Position numbers and translations under genes: made by a program
Shown: in pieces, positions 59,602 through 64,000 of the stretch
Layout of the letters: every line of letters starts with the position of its first letter
Position numbering within the stretch: position 1 is the stretch's first letter
NCBI GenBank assembly: GCA_963729625.1
Contig: CAVSOU010000008.1
Coordinates: 608,001 to 672,000, forward strand
Source of the DNA: an uncultured bacterium
GTDB taxonomy: Bacteria; Chloroflexota; UBA5177; JANWHV01
Direction: 5' to 3'
Length of the DNA: 64,000 nt
Notes under the pieces: generated by a model
Seen by the model: only the letters and a program-made list of their open reading frames with translations
Databases searched by the model: none
Told to the model about the DNA's origin: nothing

Positions 59602-60060
59602 TCAATCATGTTGCGATGATGCGGCATCCGCAACACCGAGATGCTGCTTGATGCGCAATATCTGCTCGTCCTGCGCCAACAGATGGCGCTGAATCTCAAG
59701 GGCTTCGTGAAGCACGGCTTCGGCGTCGTTGTACGTCTGTATCGCTCTCTTATCGGACACTTTCCCGAGAATATTCTGACCGACCATGATCACACTGAGC
59801 ATCACCAATTGGATAAACGTCTGGCTCACCCACTGAACGGAGGTGAGCAGGCCGCCGTTCACGGCTTGCGGCACGACGACAAGAGCGAGGATAGCGAAGA
59901 CATATGCGCACCACATCGTGCCGACTGCCGTGGTCAACACCAAGGCAATCTTCCCGTTCAGGCCTACATGCTCGTCGGCAGTCTGCGGTGGCTTCAGCTT
60001 CTTCCGACGCTCGATGTGCGGATGGGGGTGATGATCGAATATCTGCTCGACTGATTTCAT
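59602..60060 (-). CDS. DUF1003-like membrane protein
   Basis: VGTMWCAY.F, FIQLVMLSVIMVGQN and D.RA..TY.DAE motifs. Confidence 0.75.
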   Translation of the reverse strand: MKSVEQIFDHHPHPHIERRKKLKPPQTADEHVGLNGKIALVLTTAVGTMWCAYVFAILALVVVPQAVNGGLLTSVQWVSQTFIQLVMLSVIMVGQNILGKVSDKRAIQTYNDAEAVLHEALEIQRHLLAQDEQILRIKQHLGVADAASSQHD

Positions 60061-60254
60061 TTTCTCGTCTTCCCTCACGCTCTGGCGCCGGACAACGCGC
60101 CGTCTTCCTGCCGTTGTCGCGCATTATGGGTGGCATGCTTCCGCCAGTCGCAGTGTACCCGAGGGCTTCGCTCTGAATGCGGATGCATACTGTGGGTATG
60201 TATCGTGCTCAGATGGTCCCATTATCCCGCCGCAGCTAGAGGGGCAACTTCAGC

Positions 60255-60560
60255 CTAGCGGCTGCATTCCCGGCAGATACCCCAGATAGCGACGTCGCCG
60301 ATCTCAATCTGAAAGCCGCGCTCTTGCCTGGCTGTCGTGTGAGACTCCTTACCTGCGCAGCCGCGGAGCGAGTGTGCCTCATGCCGTTGACTCTCCACAA
60401 CGTGGCGGGCGCGATCAAGGTCGCACCACCGCTTGAGACACGCCCAGTGATCGTGGAAAGTCAAACGCAGGCAAGCGCTCCTGGATCAGAGAGGCCTCGG
60501 CGAGCAGTCACCACCGCGGACATCAGGCACATTGAAGTGGCGATGCGAATGCGGGCGAAA
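60255..60560 (-). pseudogene. Fur/PerR-family regulator remnant
   Basis: C-terminal GFQIEIGDVAIWGICREC; an HSHRHF segment lies upstream in another frame; no wHTH N-terminus. Confidence 0.55.
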
Positions 60561-60675
60561 GCCGGGTCCGGGCCCTAACGGAGGCCGGCGCAGCCGTGCA
60601 AGCGCCGGTCGTTTCAGACCATCTGACCGCTCCTCGGCCACGGTGGTGACAGTAGCAGAAAGGGTAGCAACGTTC

Positions 60676-61137
60676 ATGGGAGAAGCGCGCATCACGCGTG
60701 GCACATTTATGCGGACTTGGGGAGCCGTGGCTAGCGCGGCCGTCGCTCTGTCCATCGCGACTACGCCGAGGCGGGTGTTTGCTCTCGCCAGCGGCTCAGG
60801 GAGTCTGGCGAAGGTCACGAGCCTCCAGAAATTGAAAGTCGGCGTAAATGGTCCATTCACGTTTACAGTTGCTGGTCCCCAGCCGAACACGAACGCCATC
60901 TTCTTGGTGCGCAGCGCCAAGGGGACGGTGACAGCGCTCGAGGCCACGTGCCGCCATCTCGGGTGTCCGGTTGCGTGGAAGGCGACGGACAACCGATTCG
61001 AATGCCCGTGCCACGGCAGCGAGTACTCCAACACCGGCAAGGTCGTGGCAGGTCCTGCGATGCGCAATCTGTATAACCATCAGGTCGCGATTCGTGGGGG
61101 GCAGGTGTGGGTGTTCAGCAGTCGATCCAGCGGCTAG
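60676..61137 (+). CDS. Exported Rieske [2Fe-2S] protein (QcrA/PetC-like)
   Basis: CRHLGC...CPCHGS and GPA motifs; Tat-like leader. Confidence 0.88.
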   Translation: MGEARITRGTFMRTWGAVASAAVALSIATTPRRVFALASGSGSLAKVTSLQKLKVGVNGPFTFTVAGPQPNTNAIFLVRSAKGTVTALEATCRHLGCPVAWKATDNRFECPCHGSEYSNTGKVVAGPAMRNLYNHQVAIRGGQVWVFSSRSSG

Positions 61138-61555
61138 CCGCGAACGAGGCTGGCGGACCCGCTCGGTGGTTGCGCGGAGGTGTCCGGCGCCTGCGCGCAG
61201 CGGCTTGCCACTCGCGGGATTGCAGGTCGTGTCGTGTTGCCTGGCAGACTGGGCAACCCTGAACACAACCCTTCCCCCAGAGAAACGCAAACCTACTGGA
61301 CCGGCGGTATCGCCACGCAAGCGAATGAACCAGGCAACCGTGGAGAGCGTCGTTCCGGCGTCGAGGCGGTCGGCCGATGACTCTGCTGGTGTCCCTGCTC
61401 CGGCACCCGCGCCGTCCGAAGAGAGTCGCGACCGCGACGATTGGCCGCCGCAAAGTCCGGGCGCCCGAGCCACACGTGGACGACAGCACCATAAGCAACC
61501 ATACGACGAGCGGCGGGCGTTCGTCAACCCCCATTCACCACAAGGTTAATACGCA

Positions 61556-61588
61556 TTGACAATATCCGACGTGTGGGATACGATATTG
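61556..61588 (+). promoter_or_regulatory. Promoter of the ZIP transporter with dyad symmetry
   Basis: TTGACA-17-TACGAT; CAATATC...GATATTG and an inner TATCCGAC-GT-GTGGGATA dyad. Confidence 0.6.
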
Positions 61589-61694
61589 CCCGGTTGTGCT
61601 CGGCGCGATGCGTTGCCATGGTGCGAACGTCCTCTGCATGCCTTCGCGCCGTCACACCCAGCCACCATCAGCGCAGCCTGCTAGGAGACAGAAG

Positions 61695-62489
61695 GTGAGC
61701 TTTTCGACGACGGTACTGCTAGGCGCGATCGCGGGATTCACCATTTACCTGGGCTTGCCGTTTGCGCGCCTGAAGAACCCAAGCCGCGCGTTTCAGGGTT
61801 TCTGCAATGCGCTGGCAACCGGTATCCTGGTTTTTCTGCTCTGGGATGTGGTCACGAAGGCAAGCGAACCCATCGACACCGCGCTCACCTCCGCGCAGCG
61901 TGGGGCTGTTGCACCGTTTGCTGGACTGCTCACGCTGTTCGTCGTCGGCTTCGGCATCGGACTCTTGGGATTGATCTACATCGAGAAAGCCCTGATCCGG
62001 CCGGTTGCCCAGGGCGTGCGCTCCGGTGAGATGGCCCCGCGCCAGCTTGCCCTGATGATCGCCGTCGGTATTGGCGCGCATAACTTCTCCGAAGGTCTGG
62101 CGATTGGGCAATCCGCCGTCACAGGTGCAATCGGCCTGGCTACGATTCTGATCGTCGGGTTCGGTCTGCACAATATGACGGAAGGCTTTGGCGTCGCAGC
62201 GCCGCTCGTCGCCGGGGGCGTTCGTCCGAGTTGGCGGTTTCTTGCGGCGGCCGGCCTCATAGGCGGTGGTCCGACCTTTCTCGGCACGGTCGTCGGCTTT
62301 GGCTTCCAATCGACTTATGTCTTTGTCGCGTTCCTCAGTGTAGCGGCAGGCAGCATTTTGTACGTCGTGGGCGAACTGCTCAATGCGGGACGGCGGTTGG
62401 GCTTCCGCGAGCTTGTGGGCTGGGGACTGCTGCTCGGCTTCATGGCGGGATATGCCACTGACCTGGTAGTGACCTGGGGTGGTGCATAG
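61695..62489 (+). CDS. ZIP-family divalent metal transporter
   Basis: HNFSEGLAIG and LHNMTEG motifs. Confidence 0.92.
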   Translation: MSFSTTVLLGAIAGFTIYLGLPFARLKNPSRAFQGFCNALATGILVFLLWDVVTKASEPIDTALTSAQRGAVAPFAGLLTLFVVGFGIGLLGLIYIEKALIRPVAQGVRSGEMAPRQLALMIAVGIGAHNFSEGLAIGQSAVTGAIGLATILIVGFGLHNMTEGFGVAAPLVAGGVRPSWRFLAAAGLIGGGPTFLGTVVGFGFQSTYVFVAFLSVAAGSILYVVGELLNAGRRLGFRELVGWGLLLGFMAGYATDLVVTWGGA

Positions 62490-62762
62490 GCGCCAGGCAG
62501 TCCCACCGGTCATATCCACTCGTCCCCGCGTCGCCGCGCAGGCGGGTGTGTTCCACCCTACGCAGCATGCGCGCGGCGCAGGCCAGCGCTGAGCACGCCG
62601 TAGCCCAGCTCATCTGCGATCGGCAACGGCGCCACCGCCAGCAGTGACCCGGTGGCGATCAGCGCGTACCGGGTGGCGATCCGCCCGATAAAGTGTCCCA
62701 GCGCTTACCGGCTGACCGGCGTGGACGCGGAACCCGATATGGGCTGGGGCGAGTACTCTTCT

Positions 62763-64000
62763 CTAGAACGTGATCCTGAAGCTGATTGCCGCACTCTTGC
62801 GCAACTTCCCGGAAGTGACCACGATCGACGCTTTTGCCGGCCCGGGGTTTACGGTCAGCGACACCGCCCAGCTGTCGGTAAACGTGCCGGTCGTGTCGGC
62901 CTTGCCGGCCTTCGTTCCCGGATTGGTGACCGTGCCATCGGGGTAGGTGACGATGACGGACACCGACGCCCCGGCGAGCGTGTGCACGACGATCTGCTGT
63001 GTGCTCCCGATGCGGACGCTCGGGGCATATTCCACGCTCAGGCTGAGCGCGCTCGGGGTCGACGTTGGCAGCGGGGTTCTCGTGGGACGAATTGGCGTGG
63101 GCGTGCGCGTGGGCTCCGGCGTGCGCGTCGGCGTGGCCGGGCGTGGCGTCGATGTCCTGGTGGGATGGTAGCCCTTCGGCGTCTTCGTTGGGATAGGTGT
63201 CTTGGTTGGAATAGGTGTCTTCGTGCCTGTAGGAACGGGCGTGCTGGTCGGCGAGGCCGTCGGCGCCGCAATCGGTGCCGCCGCGCGCCAGGCATAACCA
63301 AAGGCGCTGGAGAACACCGCGCTGACTTCCGGATCCTTGACCATCAGGCCCAGCTGGCGGTCCTGCTGCAGCGAGTCGTCGGCGAGGGGAGCACTGCCAA
63401 GCAGGAGGCGGGCGTTGTCGACCGATATTGCCGACCCCACGAAGCCTGCGTTGAGCACACGCACACTGGCGCCATCCAGCAGCAGGGCTTGTATGATCGA
63501 GGACCGCACTCCCGGGTCGAGCATGACGCGCACGCTGACACCGCGGTGCGCAGCCTCGAAGAGCGCCTGTGTAATGCTCGGGCTGGTGATCGTCTCGGCC
63601 ATGATGTCGAGGTTCACGACCGAGCGCCTGATCGCGGCGACAGCGTTTTCCGCGTAGTCTTCCGGCCCCACCACGGCATTACTGCTCAGGATTGCAGGGG
63701 TGCGGCGCTCCCAGTCGTCGAAGAACACGGAGCTTGCCTGCTGAACGTCGGCATGGTCAAAGTCCACCAGCACGAAACGGCGCTGCGACTTGCGCGCGAC
63801 GTCGGTGAATGGCGCGTTCGAGACCGCGAGCGTCGTCCCGTCGATCATCATGGCACTCTGCGCGGTTTGCCGGAAGGTAGGGTTGCCGCGCCGAACAAGG
63901 ACGTCGTTCCCGGAGAGCGAGACGAGAACAGGACCGCTAGATGCCGAGTGCGGATCCACCATGACACGCACGTCGACGCCTCGCGACCGAGCGGTCGAAA
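62763..64000 (-). CDS. PLD-fold protein with degenerate HKD motifs, PT linker and C-terminal beta-sandwich; 5'-truncated
   Basis: RGVDVRVMVD, FFDDW and AAHRGVSVRVMLD motifs; GS..L....Q.DRQLGL; long PT repeat. Confidence 0.7.
   Translation of the reverse strand, partial: STARSRGVDVRVMVDPHSASSGPVLVSLSGNDVLVRRGNPTFRQTAQSAMMIDGTTLAVSNAPFTDVARKSQRRFVLVDFDHADVQQASSVFFDDWERRTPAILSSNAVVGPEDYAENAVAAIRRSVVNLDIMAETITSPSITQALFEAAHRGVSVRVMLDPGVRSSIIQALLLDGASVRVLNAGFVGSAISVDNARLLLGSAPLADDSLQQDRQLGLMVKDPEVSAVFSSAFGYAWRAAAPIAAPTASPTSTPVPTGTKTPIPTKTPIPTKTPKGYHPTRTSTPRPATPTRTPEPTRTPTPIRPTRTPLPTSTPSALSLSVEYAPSVRIGSTQQIVVHTLAGASVSVIVTYPDGTVTNPGTKAGKADTTGTFTDSWAVSLTVNPGPAKASIVVTSGKLRKSAAISFRITF

Noticed and set aside
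61140-61540. Overlapping minus-strand ORFs between the Rieske and ZIP genes
   Set aside because: No motif or clear start; at most an unidentifiable remnant.
62555-62705. Short hydrophobic minus-strand frame (LGHFIGRIATRYALIATGSLLAVAPL...)
   Set aside because: No start codon or RBS; possibly a membrane-gene remnant, but unsupported.

Overview
A GC-rich bacterial chromosomal window. The combination of DUF4058/DUF5671 genes, Pro/Thr-linker secreted proteins and rny-ymdB synteny suggests Chloroflexota or a relative; this is inference. Core content: a gltX-rny-ymdB-galK-clpS-MBL-PIG-L run, a complete Rrf2(IscR-like)-sufCBDSU-Rieske-sufT operon, ada/alkA-ogt, alaX and rsgA. Accessory content: (1) a TIR-STAND-TPR (NLR-like) gene divergent from the suf operon and convergent with a secreted 7xRCC1 propeller/trypsin protease fusion; (2) an envelope cluster; (3) a ROK-regulated ABC/GH4 sugar cassette between an intact vapBC and a decayed MNT-HepT pair; (4) a methyltransferase-PD40-DUF58-transglutaminase operon lacking MoxR; (5) TetR/MFS and ArsR-SRPBCC-YCII units; (6) a Fur remnant, a solitary Rieske protein and a ZIP transporter; (7) a PLD-fold protein with both HKD motifs lost. 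I saw no rRNA, tRNA, CRISPR array, integrase or transposase. All family calls come from motif recognition by eye, not database searches.
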